Part shown: positions 1 to 13,624 of the stretch, one piece after another | How the letters are laid out: every line of letters starts with the position of its first letter | How positions within the stretch are numbered: position 1 is the stretch's first letter | Source: Octopus bimaculoides | Lineage: Eukaryota | Length of the DNA stretch: 64,000 nt | NCBI RefSeq assembly: GCF_001194135.2 | Contig: NC_069003.1 | Location: forward strand, 32,937,051-33,001,050 | Reading direction: 5' to 3' | Made by a program: the position numbers and the translations under genes | The notes under the pieces: generated by a model | The model's input: the letters and a program-made list of their open reading frames with translations, nothing else | Databases searched by the model: none | Told to the model about the DNA's origin: nothing

Positions 1-307
1 TTTGGCAAATATTTCTAGCAGGTCAAGCAACCACATTGAAGGTCTTTCATTCTCGTTGACTGATAGTGACTGAATAGCAGCACCACCACATTGACTGAAA
101 AGTGGTAGAATATTTAGGCTGGATATTGCCAATTTGAATGTTAAAAAGGTTAATGTTTAAAAGATTAAAAACCAATTTTAAGTTAGCTCTCTCCTGCAAA
201 ATAAAAAGAAAATTTAACAAAGTGAAGAAAATTCATGTTTTACAAATAGGTAAAAACAAAACAAAACAAAAAAACTAATAAAGAATTTCTAAGAACCAAA
301 TGCTTAC

Positions 308-403
308 ATATGTTAATTTGTTTACAGCATTGGACTTCACAGCCATGTTATCTTGTCGAAGCTCTTGTTTTATTTCATCCAGGCATTCTGCTATGTATTT
401 TGC
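308..403 (-). CDS. AP3D1: AP-3 complex subunit delta, coding exon 2 (AKYIAECLDEIKQELRQDNMAVKSNAVNKLTY)
   Basis: Manual translation of the minus strand; 96 nt, phase 0/0, flanked by ttggcag acceptor (404-406) and gtaag donor (303-307). Peptide closely matches human AP3D1 AKYISQCIDEIKQELKQDNIAVKANAVCKLTY (from memory). Gene continues beyond the left edge. Confidence 0.95.
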
Positions 404-941
404 CTGCCAATGTAATAAAAGAATAAAGTTATAGAAATACATTAACAAAGGGAAAAATTATTTTATGATAAAATTGCGAAAACCATCCACCAAATCTCAG
501 CAATCATTCACCCACGTTGCTCCATTCATTTGCAATTCCAGTCAATAACAGTTTAGGTTCGTTTTTTTTTTTTCTGTTTTTCTTTGTTGATTTTTCCTAT
601 TTTTTCTTTTTTCCTTTCTTTCTTTCTTTTTGCATGCAGTCTGCCAATATTTTTTATATTCAAACATTTCCTCGTCGTTTTCACTTCTCTTTCCCCCGCA
701 TGACTCCATTGCACATCCAAAATTATAATTAACACTTCAATCAATGCAAAGTCCTCTAGATTTATTCATGGTTTCAATGATATACAATCTGATTCTCCTA
801 TGAAAGGAGAAACTATGTTGCTAACAGAGGTAATTATACTATAAACCTCCTACTATCCACCTTTATTTTTAACCACTGTGCCATTACCAGCCTCCCACAA
901 GAAGCCTGCATGTGTGTATATGTGTGTGTTTGAATATGCTG

Positions 942-1308
942 TTTATCTTTTAATTGTTTCAGTCATTGAACTGCAGCCATTCTGGAGCACCACTTTCAAG
1001 AATTTTAGTCAAATGAACTGACTGCAGAACCTTCTTTTTAAGCCTGGTAATTATTCTATTGATCACTTTTGCCAAACTGCTAGTTGCAGGGATTAAAACA
1101 GACCAACACCAGTTGTCAAGTGGTGGTTAGGAACTAACACAAAGACACACACATTTTCCATCTACCATATCCACTCATAAGGCTTTGGTCAGGCCAGAGT
1201 TATAGCAGAAGACACTTGCTCTGGGTGCATGGCACTTTGGGCAAGGTGCCACGCAGTGGGACTGACCTGGAACTACGTGGTTTGGAAGCAAGCTTCTTAC
1301 CACACAGC
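942..1308 (-). mobile_element. Bipartite tRNA-head SINE with an internal microsatellite (similar full copy at 41074-41385; halves near 10660-10850, 17750-17900, 21270-21420, 33410-33610)
   Basis: Head gctgtgtggtaagaagcttgc...ggtcagtcccactgcgtggcacc with A/B-box-like spacing, then a CA tract, then a body ending ggc..cagt..aatgactgaaacaa; repeated throughout the window. Confidence 0.65.
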
Positions 1309-2794
1309 TATATATATATATGTATATATACTATAAATACACACACACATATATCATTAGTTTGGAGAGACAGGATGGAGTCTCAATACAAAGAAAAAAG
1401 AGATGAAGTTTATGAACGGAACAGAGGCTGGGAATGAAAACCTGGTAATAAGAGAAAATGGAAAGGCTAAAAACATGAAAGTGGGGGTGACAGGGGTATG
1501 GTGCAAATGTTAGGAAAGCATTTGGAGCAACAAGAAGAAAGGAAGAAGATTATACGGAGAGAACTAAGGATAAAAAGTCAGAAAGGATGGCTAGAAGATG
1601 ATAAGACAAGTAGACTAATGCAGAATGCAAAAACATATGGCAAGGTTATTTAGAAGATAACATTAGGAATTAAGAAGAAATCTGTGGAGAGTGAAAGAGC
1701 GAAGGGTAAAGGAGAGGAAAAGGAAGAAAAGCACCAGGAGGGGGATGTAAGTAGGAAGTATAGATTACGAAAAAGAGGGACGCAACAGAATGTAGGGGAT
1801 AATAAACAAAGTTGTCAGTTGACCATATAGTGGGGGGAAAATATTGAAATAATACTTTTCAAGTTGTGCAAGAAACATATAAATAACTATTTAGATCATT
1901 TAAAGCAGGGGTCCCAGGCATCAACTGCAGGCCTGGGATCGTTTGGTTCTAGGCTGCAGAGAAAGAATTTTAAAATTTTATTTTTATTTTATTGACTATT
2001 GCAGTCTGCTGGGTGGTTTTGCATTACATATCTATTACATATATAATGTATTTGTATTATATATGTAATAATTAAATTATATATTATGCACTTAATTGTG
2101 TTTTGTTATGTGTGTGAAATTGGTCCGTTATGTGCGGGAATTGGTCCATGTTGCAAAAAAATGGTTGGAGACTATTAATTTAACATGCCTTATATAATGA
2201 AACAGTTGCAATTAAAATAATTCAAGAGTTGTTTACAGGAATTAAAATAAAGTTATTCAATTCAAAATACATGATATAAAAGAAGTTTTTAGATAGGAAA
2301 AAGTGAGGAAGATAAAAAGCAAGAAAGAGCAATAGAGAGGAGGAAGGACAAAAGAAGAGATGTATAAAGAGTGTGGGAGAGGATTAAAGAAGAGGGGGTG
2401 GAAGGAGGAGAAGGAATGGATGAGACACAGCAGTTGGCCATCTTTAAGGAAAGGCAAAAAGTGATTTGAAAAAAACTATTTAAAGTATTAAAATTATTTA
2501 GTTAAGAATAATTACAAGATGATGGTTCAGCTTAATTACAAGATACAAGAAACATTTTAAAATGTAATTTAAAATTTAAATCTCTTAATGTAATTAAAAC
2601 AGCAAATTACTAGAGAGAGAAAGACAAGAACAATTTCTTTTTAAAATTGTAAAGAGTTGAAAGGTCATCAAATTAAGGAGGTCAGAGAATAAAACGACCC
2701 ATTCAGATATAATTCTGATTGTTAACAAAATGAACCTTTATGCAATAAATGGCTTAATGGACAGAGGTTACAGAGCAGATAACCAATAATTTAA

Positions 2795-3032
2795 CCCTTT
2801 AACTGCAAAAATAAATTTCATGGTTATTCCATTAATGATGACAAATATCTACCAAGAAATAGAATTGCTATTTTCTGTGAGTCATGTTGCTTCAATAAAC
2901 TAAAAACATAACTCAACGAAAAATAGTTTCAACATGACATTCTTGAATAAGACGTGAATTGGTATATGAAACTGCTTTCTGCAGTTAAGGGTAGGGAAAT
3001 TTTGAATGGATATACTTTCTGCAGTAAAAGGG
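2795..3032. mobile_element. Second TTAA-flanked MITE family
   Basis: TTAA at 2791-2794 and 3033-3036; TIR CCCTTTAACTGCAAAA vs CCCTTTTACTGCAGAA (14/16). Confidence 0.7.
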
Positions 3033-5117
3033 TTAACTAAATGTGGGTCATGACAAGAGAAGAAATGAAAGTGAAGTAGCCCAAGACCTCAAAATAAAGG
3101 GGATATGGGTCAGCATAAAACCAAGACCTCAAAACAAAGGGAGCAGGGAGAATGGTCTGCATAAGGAGGTGGGATAATTAAAATGTAAATAATCAAACAA
3201 AAGAGGATGACAATAAGCCCAATAGAGGAAAATAAAAGGGTAAACAAATATAAAAAACAAAAATAATAGAATGCCATAAGGTCATAAGGGTTTATGTTAG
3301 GAGTAGGAAAAGCTTAAAATAAATGCATTAAAATAGTTGGTATCAGTAAATATTGATGTTGGGATTAGGAGGCAATAATGAGTGTCCAAGAGTGTGTGTA
3401 GGTGAGGCAGTAAAAGAAAATGGAGAGAAGGGATAGGATACAAGCTGGAAGTATTTGTAGGTTTTAAAGATTTTTATGATTGCACAAAAACCTTTTAGAT
3501 TGTCGAGGTGAATTTCCTACAGCTGGATGCCTTTCCTCTCATCAACCCTCGTGTTTCCAAACAAGGGAATGTTTGCTCATGACCAGGAATATTTTCAAGA
3601 GAGATAGGAAATGAAGGACAATGCTTGCATAACAGTGACTCACAAGGTAGGAACCAACCTGATGTTAAAGAAAATGACATTTGGCCAACAACTCATGCAG
3701 TGAGACTGAACTCAGGTCGTCATGGTTGCAAAGTGAACTTCATAAACCTTTTGACCATACTGCATCTCCACACATACACACACCGCTGGCAAGCCAGAAG
3801 ACTGCTTTGCCGTGGTTTCTACAGCTGGATGCCCTTCCTAAAACCCACAGATGTACTGAGTGCTTTTTACATGGTACCAGCACCAGTGAGACCACCAAGT
3901 AACTTGCAAGACAAAAGCCATCAACTGATAGTGGAGAGAATAGCATTGGTGCCAGGTGATGAGAGGTTAAAGTATGATGGAGGTACAGAAACAGGCATCA
4001 TAAGTGTATGCATGCACACACACACACACACACACATCATTATTATCATTTTAAACATCCATTTCTATTTTCATGCTTGCATGGTCACATGAAATTTGGT
4101 GAATCTACAGCTGGATGCTCTTCCAGTTGCTGGTTTTCTCCTATTTTCAAGCATATTCTGTTGTTTGCAATCTTCTGTGAAAACTTATCTGGTCATTGGG
4201 AGTGTTACCTTGCTAAGAAACAGGTAAGAATTGGAAACTGGAAGGGCAGAAATCTGCCTTAAATTCTGTCCAACCCATGCAAGCATGGGAAAGTGAAAGT
4301 TAAATGATGCCGATTGAGTTTTTAAAAATATATGCCATACAAAAATGTATGAATGGGTACATTGAAGGAATTGAAGGAAATTGATGATGTAATTACAGTT
4401 TTAGACCTTTTGTTGCTGTTTATACATTTAATGTTTTGAAAGAAATATTTGTGGTGTTATAAATCAAGATTAGTAAATGCTTGGGTTATGGTATGTTAAA
4501 AAGGTAAGATGTAAAAAGCAAAGATTAATACAAAATGAACAGAAAATGAAAAAGCTAATAGTAGTACTACCAGACTTCTTACATCAGCACCCTGTGTGTA
4601 AAATTAAATAAAAGAGATCAAGCTGAAGTCAATAATTATTATACAGATATTAAAGTTATGTCATTATAGAGTAGCGGTTATAAAATAAAGTTAATGGCTT
4701 TTAAGAGAGGAATTATAATATAAGTTCAATACTCAAGATAGAGGGGAAATAAATTTACTATGAGTTAATAGTGTTAGTAGATTACAGAAGCATTTAATTA
4801 TACTTATATTGTCTGACATTCAAGTCGAATTTTTCCAACCAAAATTTACAACCCCAAAAAGTAGGTTGACTTATACACCAAAACAGCTTTGCAAGACCAA
4901 AATTTCCAAGTGAAATGCAACAGGATTTGGAAAGATGGTGACAATGTTTGTATATTTACACTATATACTATGTTGACTTGTATGCCAGAAAATACAGTAT
5001 ATAGAACTGTGTCTATGAATTTAGAAGTGGCAAGCAATTATTGTTAATGGGAAATTTATATATTTATCATCCTCAATAAATATTTTAGGAGTGGATAAAA
5101 TTGGGCAATGCAAACAA

Positions 5118-5612
5118 ATCATCATCATCATCATCATCGTTTAACGTCCGCTTTCCATGCTAGCATGGGTTGGACGATTTGACTGAGGACTGGTGAAACC
5201 GGATGGCAACACCAGGCTCCAATCTAAATTTGGCAGAGTTTCTACAGCTGGATGCCCTTCCTAACGCCAACCACTCCGAGAGTGTAGTGGGTGCTTTTAC
5301 GTGTCACCCGCACGAAAACGGCCACGCTCGAAATGGTGTCTTTTATGTGCCACCCGCACAAGCCAGTCCAGGGGCACTGGCAACGATCTCGCTCGAAAAT
5401 CCTACGGGAGCCAGTCAGGCGGTACTGGCAACGGCCACGCTCAAAATGGTGCATCTCATGTGCCACCCGCACAAGAGCCAGTCCAGGGGCACTTGCAACG
5501 ATCTTACTTGGCTTGCCGGGTCTTCTCACGCACAGCACATTTCTAAAGGTCTCGGTCAGTAGTCATCGCCTCGGTGGGGCCCAATGTACGAAGGTCTTGC
5601 CTCACCGACTAT
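5118..5612 (-). mobile_element. 5'-truncated RTE-clade LINE 3' end with (GAT)n tail
   Basis: 5608-5504 translates SVRQDLRTLGPTEAMTTDRDL*KCAVREKTRQAK* (RTE ORF2 C-terminus pattern DL..LGL...M..DR..W), followed by a modular 3'UTR and a (GAT)n tail. Near-identical copies at 33721 and 36534. Confidence 0.75.
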
Positions 5613-5776
5613 GATTTTGTTTTAAATTAAGTTAACGAAATGATGTATGACAAGTCAGATTAAACAAGGGTAACTATCATGAAGCAGATTCAGGAAAAGA
5701 TAGCGAAGGGGTAATAAATGATATGAAATCAGAAGCAGTGAAATACAACAGATCATAATAAGTGCAGTAAAAGTAC

Positions 5777-6170
5777 TGTAGTGACGCCTTAATAGCAGAC
5801 GACATTTCCGGAAAGTTTATCCACGCATGTGCAGGGACTAGTTCCGGAAGGAATACAGGAAGAGTCCCATGCGCATGCGTAGTCATCGACATCCAAGCTT
5901 TCGCGCTTCTTTTCATTCTCTTTCACCCTGGCCGACGAAGAGCCTAGACGTCGTAGCAGCCTCTCTCCAACATTCCAACTCTGGAGCTACACAAATAACC
6001 AGGCAACTTCATTGACGGCGTCTCAGTAACCAAAGGGCGAAGTGCTGCCGAATTCTATTGTAATAAATATTGTTGTGTTGATAGTTCAGAATCTGCGTTC
6101 CGTTGTTTCTCAAAGAAAATTAATGTATGGAAGCGGAGTACACCTAATGGTGTATAACCACTTCCCTACA
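5777..6170 (+). mobile_element. Solo LTR (Ty3/gypsy-like), 394 bp, in AP3D1 intron 1
   Basis: Starts TGTAG and ends CTACA, flanked by identical 4-bp GTAC (5773-5776 and 6171-6174); CpG-rich interior; AATAAA at 6062-6067 about 100 bp before the 3' end. Confidence 0.8.
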
Positions 6171-6888
6171 GTACTTTACAGTAGAAATTTGTGATGCAAA
6201 TAATGAAGATAATAAAATTAATGTGTATATATTAGAATTTATAGAAAAAGGACAAGAAAATTGATATTGCAGCACAGGGTTAATGTTGCTAATATACAAA
6301 ATGATAGTGTTTTGCTCAAATTTATAGTGAGAGTGATTTATTAAAATATTGATTTAACTGTTAGGAGATATCGCTTTCTGGGTTTTACAAAGAACATTCA
6401 AACTGTAAAGGAAACATTTCAACAGTTATGTTCTTATAAAGAAAAGACAGTCTTCAAAAGCGATAGGTGTGATTTAAAGTATAACAGAGTGCTCTCCAGA
6501 TATGAGTGAATATCTAGTGAAACCATGGCCCCCAGGGCTGCATGTGGCCCTCAAGAATCCTTCCAGCAGCCCTCAACAGTCTTCCCTCTATGAATATAAT
6601 AGATTTTTCTTTAGACTTGTGTTTTACTTTTTTTGGTGCAGCCTCCTAAAAAAGAAATCCAGGTCTGGGATCTGGCCTGGATATTAAAGGTTGAAAACCA
6701 CTGCTTAGGATCAAAGGCCAGTTAAGTGGAATGAGCAGAAGAATATAATTTAGCTACAGGTATATACATTGTCAATATATAACCAAATGCAACTGGAAGC
6801 AATAGCTAGGTTTGGTTAAATTTGGGATTTGAAAAGAACTACAGGCTGGGAGAAACATGAGTAAATGGTGAAGTTAGGTGCGTGCGTA

Positions 6889-6919
<31 letters not shown>

Positions 6920-7909
6920 ATGTATGTATATATATATANNNNNNNNNNNNNNNNNNNNNNNNNNNNNNNNNNNNNNNNNNNNNNNNNNNNNNNNNNNNNN
7001 NNNNNNNNNNNNNNNNNNNNNNNNNNNNNNNNNNNNNNNNNNNNNNNNNNNNNNNNNNNNNNNNNNNNNNNNNNNNNNNNNNNNNNNNNNNNNNNNNNNN
7101 NNNNNNNNNNNNNNNNNNNNNNNNNNNNNNNNNNNNNNNNNNNNNNNNNNNNNNNNNNNNNNNNNNNNNNNNNNNNNNNNNNNNNNNNNNNNNNNNNNNN
7201 NNNNNNNNNNNNNNNNNNNNNNNNNNNNNNNNNNNNNNNNNNNNNNNNNNNNNNNNNNNNNNNNNNNNNNNNNNNNNNNNNNNNNNNNNNNNNNNNNNNN
7301 NNNNNNNNNNNNNNNNNNNNNNNNNNNNNNNNNNNNNNNNNNNNNNNNNNNNNNNNNNNNNNNNNNNNNNNNNNNNNNNNNNNNNNNNNNNNNNNNNNNN
7401 NNNNNNNNNNNNNNNNNNNNNNNNNNNNNNNNNNNNNNNNNNNNNNNNNNNNNNNNNNNNNNNNNNNNNNNNNNNNNNNNNNNNNNNNNNNNNNNNNNNN
7501 NNNNNNNNNNNNNNNNNNNNNNNNNNNNNNNNNNNNNNNNNNNNNNNNNNNNNNNNNNNNNNNNNNNNNNNNNNNNNNNNNNNNNNNNNNNNNNNNNNNN
7601 NNNNNNNNNNNNNNNNNNNNNNNNNNNNNNNNNNNNNNNNNNNNNNNNNNNNNNNNNNNNNNNNNNNNNNNNNNNNNNNNNNNNNNNNNNNNNNNNNNNN
7701 NNNNNNNNNNNNNNNNNNNNNNNNNNNNNNNNNNNNNNNNNNNNNNNNNNNNNNNNNNNNNNNNNNNNNNNNNNNNNNNNNNNNNNNNNNNNNNNNNNNN
7801 NNNNNNNNNNNNNNNNNNNNNNNNNNNNNNNNNNNNNNNNNNNNNNNNNNNNNNNNNNNNNNNNNNNNNNNNNNNNNNNNNNNNNNNNNNNNNNNNNNNN
7901 NNNNNNNNN

Positions 7910-7960
<51 letters not shown>

Positions 7961-8152
7961 CGTACGCACATATATATAATACACACACATGTGTATGTAT
8001 ACACATACAATAATACACACACACACACATACGCAATCATTTAACGACCGTTTTCAGGCTGGCATGGGTTGAACGGTTGGAGCCACGGGGCCACGTTGAG
8101 ATCTATCATCAGCCAGCTTTAGCATAGCTTCTATATACGTATGCACATACGT

Positions 8153-8183
<31 letters not shown>

Positions 8184-9159
8184 ACCACACAAACACACAC
8201 ATGATGACTATCAGCTCATTACAAAAATTGACCACCTCTGTGTACACAAATGCTTAGTCCTGACATAAGATCTTACGTGGCTTTTTTTTTAGACCAGACA
8301 TACTTTTAAAAAGAAGTCCACACAAATAGCACGCTAGCTTTGGTGCAACTTGAACTGCCTGTCGTATCTAATCTTGATGAGCCTTGGAACATTTCTTTAG
8401 ACCTCCTTTCAGATTGGCACATCCTGTTGTATATGTAGCATTGATAAGGGAAAAACTGTTCTATAAACAGTAGAAAGTGTCCTAATTTGTGCTCTTACGT
8501 GAGATTTAAGCTGAGCCTCAGGCAGATTTTGCCACAAAATGTACAAATGAAAAAGTTTAACCAAGTTCATATTCTATTACTGGCTGCTTTTTTCTCCACC
8601 CACCTTATTTCCTCTTAATATTTCAGGTGGCAAGTTAGCAGAACTGTTAGCATACTGGGCAAATTGCTCGATAGCATTTCGCCTGTTTTTATATTCAGAG
8701 TTCAAATGCCACCAGAGTTAACTTTCCTTTTCATCTTTTCAGAGTAAATAAAACAAGTACCAGTTGAGCATTGGAAGTTGATGTAATCGACTTAACCCTC
8801 CCCTAAAATTGCTGGCCTCGCGCCAAAATCTGAACCCAATATCACAGATTAAAGTAAGGCGGTGAACTGGCAGAATCATAAGCACATTGGGCAAAATGCT
8901 TAGCAGCGTTTCGTCCAGGGTAGACTTAGCCTTTCATCCTTTCTAGGGTTGATAACACAAGTACCAGTTGAGCACTGGAGTTGTTACAATTGACACACCT
9001 GTCCTCCAAAATCGCTGACCTTGTGCCAAAATTTGAAACCAATATTTACCTGTACTAGCCTGTTTTCTTCATAAGTTTTCACACCGTCCCATAATTTTGA
9101 ACAATCCACTATGAGACTTTCCAGGTTATTTTTTGGGGGGTGGGGATCATTTCCTACAT

Positions 9160-9625
9160 TCAAGTTCTCCATCAATACATCTTTAAACCTTCACTTTGGC
9201 TTACACCATTTCCTTTTTCACTGAACAAGTTCTCCATGAAACAATTGCTTAGGAGTATGCCCATCAGCCATGTGGAACAATATCTCCAGACGATCGCATT
9301 TGCTTTTTCAAAATCATTGCTTAGATGAAACAGATGTGGCTAGGACATCAAAGTCAGAGGTGGTTGAATTCCATTTTATTTTCAGAATATGGCATAAACA
9401 TTTTTGAGGAAATTGTTCTACGTGTCCAAAGTAATGTTTGTAACATGCCCAAGTTTCAGAGAAATATAGAGAGGATAAGACAAAAGATTTATAAACATAT
9501 TTTTGCTTTGTTGCTGATGTCTTTGTGACCAGAGCCAAGACACTAAACTTTCTAAAGACTTTACTGACATCTGAATCTTCAGGGATATTTCTGAATCTAA
9601 TGTTTCACCTTGAATCACTGCACTC
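9160..9625 (-). mobile_element. Degraded RTE (BovB-like) LINE ORF2 C-terminal fragment
   Basis: Minus-strand translation with frameshifts: TKQKYVYKSFVLSSLYFSETWACYKHYFGHVEQFPQKCLCHILKIKW...HMADGHTPKQLFHGELVQ*KRKWCKPK*RFKDVL, matching the RTE motifs LYGSETW, CLRxILxIxW and PKQLLYGEL. Confidence 0.85.
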
Positions 9626-10850
9626 CAAAGGGATATCAAGGATTCAACAATCCTAAGATTACACATGGAATAATGATATATATACCTAAGTACATACATA
9701 CACATAAGTCCTGCCAGCATGGAAAATAGACATCAAATGATGATGATGACACAAACACATATATAGATCTGCATACACATATATACATAGATACATACAT
9801 ATAATATATATGTGTGTGTGTGTAAAACAGATACACACACACACATGTATGTATGTATCCTTTTTTTTTTTTTTTTTTTTTTTNNNNNNNNNNNNNNNNN
9901 NNNNNNNNNNNNNNNNNNNNNNNNNNNNNNNNNNNNNNNNNNNNNNNNNNNNNNNNNNNNNNNNNNNNNNNNNNNNNNNNNNNNNNNNNNNNNNNNNNNN
10001 NNNNNNNNNNNNNNNNNNNNNNNNNNNNNNNNNNNNNNNNNNNNNNNNNNNNNNNNNNNNNNNNNNNNNNNNNNNNNNNNNNNNNNNNNNNNNNNNNNNN
10101 NNNNNNNNNNNNNNNNNNNNNNNNNNNNNNNNNNNNNNNNNNNNNNNNNNNNNNNNNNNNNNNNNNNNNNNNNNNNNNNNNNNNNNNNNNNNNNNNNNNN
10201 NNNNNNNNNNNNNNNNNNNNNNNNNNNNNNNNNNNNNNNNNNNNNNNNNNNNNNNNNNNNNNNNNNNNNNNNNNNNNNNNNNNNNNNNNNNNNNNNNNNN
10301 NNNNNNNNNNNNNNNNNNNNNNNNNNNNNNNNNNNNNNNNNNNNNNNNNNNNNNNNNNNNNNNNNNNNNNNNNNNNNNNNNNNNNNNNNNNNNNNNNNNN
10401 NNNNNNNNNNNNNNNNNNNNNNNNNNNNNNNNNNNNNNNNNNNNNNNNNNNNNNNNNNNNNNNNNNNNNNNNNNNNNNNNNNNNNNNNNNNNNNNNNNNN
10501 NNNNNNNNNNNNNNNNNNNNNNNNNNNNNNNNNNNNNNNNNNNNNNNNNNNNNNNNNNNNNNNNNNNNNNNNNNNNNNNNNNNNNNNNNNNNNNNNNNNN
10601 NNNNNNNNNNNNNNNNNNNNNNNNNNNNNNNNNNNNNNNNNNNATATATATTGGGTCTGGGTTTGTCTCCCCCACCATCGCTTGACAATCGATGTTGGTG
10701 TGTTTACGTCCCCGTAACTTAGAGGTTCAGCAAAAGAGACCGATAGAATAAGTACTAGGCTTACAAAGAATAAGTCTTGGGGTCGATTTGTTCGACTAAA
10801 GGCGGTGCTCCAGCATGGCCGCAGTCAAATGACTGAAACAAGTAACAAAA

Positions 10851-10900
<50 letters not shown>

Positions 10901-11985
10901 AAAAAAATCAAAAATTTGCATGATACATTGTAATTTTTTTTATAGCTAATCTGTGCATGTTGTTTAGTGACAGGTAATTCTGATCATGCAGATAAAAGCG
11001 CTTCAACCTTGACCACCCAATCTCCCCCAACCTCCGTCTGAGTATTATCTAGGACTACACTATAATATACGATGTATCGTTCCCTTGGTTTGAGTGTACT
11101 TGGTTGCTATTTCTTGCAGGTGCGAGCGTAGTCTCGTTTCTGTCAAACACCTGAGGTATATCATTAATAAATGCCGTTTACCTATAATAATAATAGTTTC
11201 TTAAATGATTACATTTAATAGCTATTAGAATAATGATAGTCCAGTATCTGTGGCCTTCTCATTACAATTTTGTTGTTCCTACCGATTCGAATTATATTGG
11301 CGAATACTGGTGACCAATCGATATGACAACAAAAATTCCTGGATTTTTTCCTCAGCCTGGAAACAGTTAACTCACAAATCGCTGATACCTTAACGACCAG
11401 CTATTTTTTATTCTAGCATTCCCCACAAAACAGCTGTTATACATATATATATATATANNNNNNNNNNNNNNNNNNNNNNNNNNNNNNNNNNNNNNNNNNN
11501 NNNNNNNNNNNNNNNNNNNNNNNNNNNNNNNNNNNNNNNNNNNNNNNNNNNNNNNNNNNNNNNNNNNNNNNNNNNNNNNNNNNNNNNNNNNNNNNNNNNN
11601 NNNNNNNNNNNNNNNNNNNNNNNNNNNNNNNNNNNNNNNNNNNNNNNNNNNNNNNNNNNNNNNNNNNNNNNNNNNNNNNNNNNNNNNNNNNNNNNNNNNN
11701 NNNNNNNNNNNNNNNNNNNNNNNNNNNNNNNNNNNNNNNNNNNNNNNNNNNNNNNNNNNNNNNNNNNNNNNNNNNNNNNNNNNNNNNNNNNNNNNNNNNN
11801 NNNNNNNNNNNNNNNNNNNNNNNNNNNNNNNNNNNGAAATGTCTATTTTATTCTGAATTTTAAGAAAGAGCTAACATATAAATTTAAAATGATCTACATA
11901 TCGAATGTAGTAGACCTTGGTCAACGTTCGGAAAAAGTCGATTTAAAGAGAAATTACTCAACAATCGTGGATGTTATGAGTGACT

Positions 11986-12023
<38 letters not shown>

Positions 12024-12399
12024 GAGCAAGCATTCAAGCTGACGAGGTAGATCGCCTCAACACCGTGGCTCGACGCGCTAGAAATAACAGCGAAATCTCC
12101 CCCAATTTCACATCTTATAAACGGAAGCGTATACATATCGGACTAGGGGATTCCAAAGATATATGTTCTATCTAAAAAAAAAGAGAATAAAAAAAAACTA
12201 AAGAGACGGGTTGGTTAGTTGGTCAGAGCTGGAACGCCTTTGAATATAGATCCGTGCGATGAGGGCTGACCTAAGGCGAAACTACTACGAAATGTAATTT
12301 TTGAAGACGTTGGCTGCTTAATATGCTATTCTATGTTTTCAGATATGTTAGCACTAGTGTATACATTATAGATATATACATATACATTCACACAGATAA

Positions 12400-12692
12400 T
12401 ATAATGAATTATATAACACACACACACACATACATACATATGTGTACACATACACATATAATATACGTACAGACAATCTGTATTTTTTTCTCTCAGATTT
12501 TCAATATAAGCCGGTTACTAAGCCGAGTTGGATAAAGTCGATATCCTTCATTCATATATACACATCTACATATATACATATATACACATACATCTATGCA
12601 AATGTACACATATATACATATATAAATATATATACACACACATATACACATCTATTTATATATATATACATATACATATACACATCTATCTA

Positions 12693-12736
<44 letters not shown>

Positions 12737-13317
12737 GTACATATATATGTACACACATCTATCTCCATAAATATATATACACACACACACACATATACAC
12801 GCACACGTATATATACATCTACATATATACAAATACATGTATATACATCTACATATTTACATACACACGTATATACATCTACACATATACATACACATGT
12901 ATATACATCTACACACATATATATATACATCTACATATATATATACATACATCTATATATATATATATACACACGTGTATAGATACACATATATATATAT
13001 ATACATCTGTATGAACATGCACAGATATATATATATATATACACACACCTGTAGACACATACACATATATATACATCTGTATATTCATACATATATATTC
13101 ATATATACACATATATACATCTTTATTTACATATATGCACATATATATACATCTGTATATACATATATATATACACACATATATACCTACATCTATTCAG
13201 ATATATATACATCTATACACATGTATACAAACATCTATACATGTATACATAGATGTTTACATGTATATGTACACATACATGTCTACATATGCATATGTAT
13301 GCATACATGTCTGCATA

Positions 13318-13349
<32 letters not shown>

Positions 13350-13450
13350 CTCCTATACATATGTACATACACATCTGTACATATATGCACACACATCTAT
13401 ACATGCATGAGGCAAACCTACCACTTATCTATTCATATATATATACCCAC
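12400..13450. repeat. Compound (TA)/(CA)/(TACA) microsatellite; source of many spurious Y/I/H/T ORFs
   Basis: Directly visible; similar tracts at 14828-15050 (18-bp unit catctatatacatatata), 16290-16840 and 49170-49600. Confidence 0.95.
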
Positions 13451-13624
13451 ACGGTCTCAAATTTGTGTTGATGTCATATGAAATACGGACTGTGACACAG
13501 AAACATAGACAGCAGGGCGAAGAGACCAGCAACTACCTTGACCAAGTTTGTAATCATGAAACCAACAACATGATTAGGATATCTAATGAACTTGAGGAGA
13601 GATATGAAAAATAAATTGGACCAG

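Noticed and set aside
5203-5614. Recurrent ORFs MATPGSNLNL.../MLLRVT... (also at 33806 and 36175-36898)
   Set aside because: Alternative frames of the RTE 3'UTR repeat, not genes.
5677-5916. 79-aa minus ORF and a possible nested ncRNA gene or host promoter
   Set aside because: Better explained by the solo LTR with TG..CA ends and TSD; matches no snRNA I recognise.
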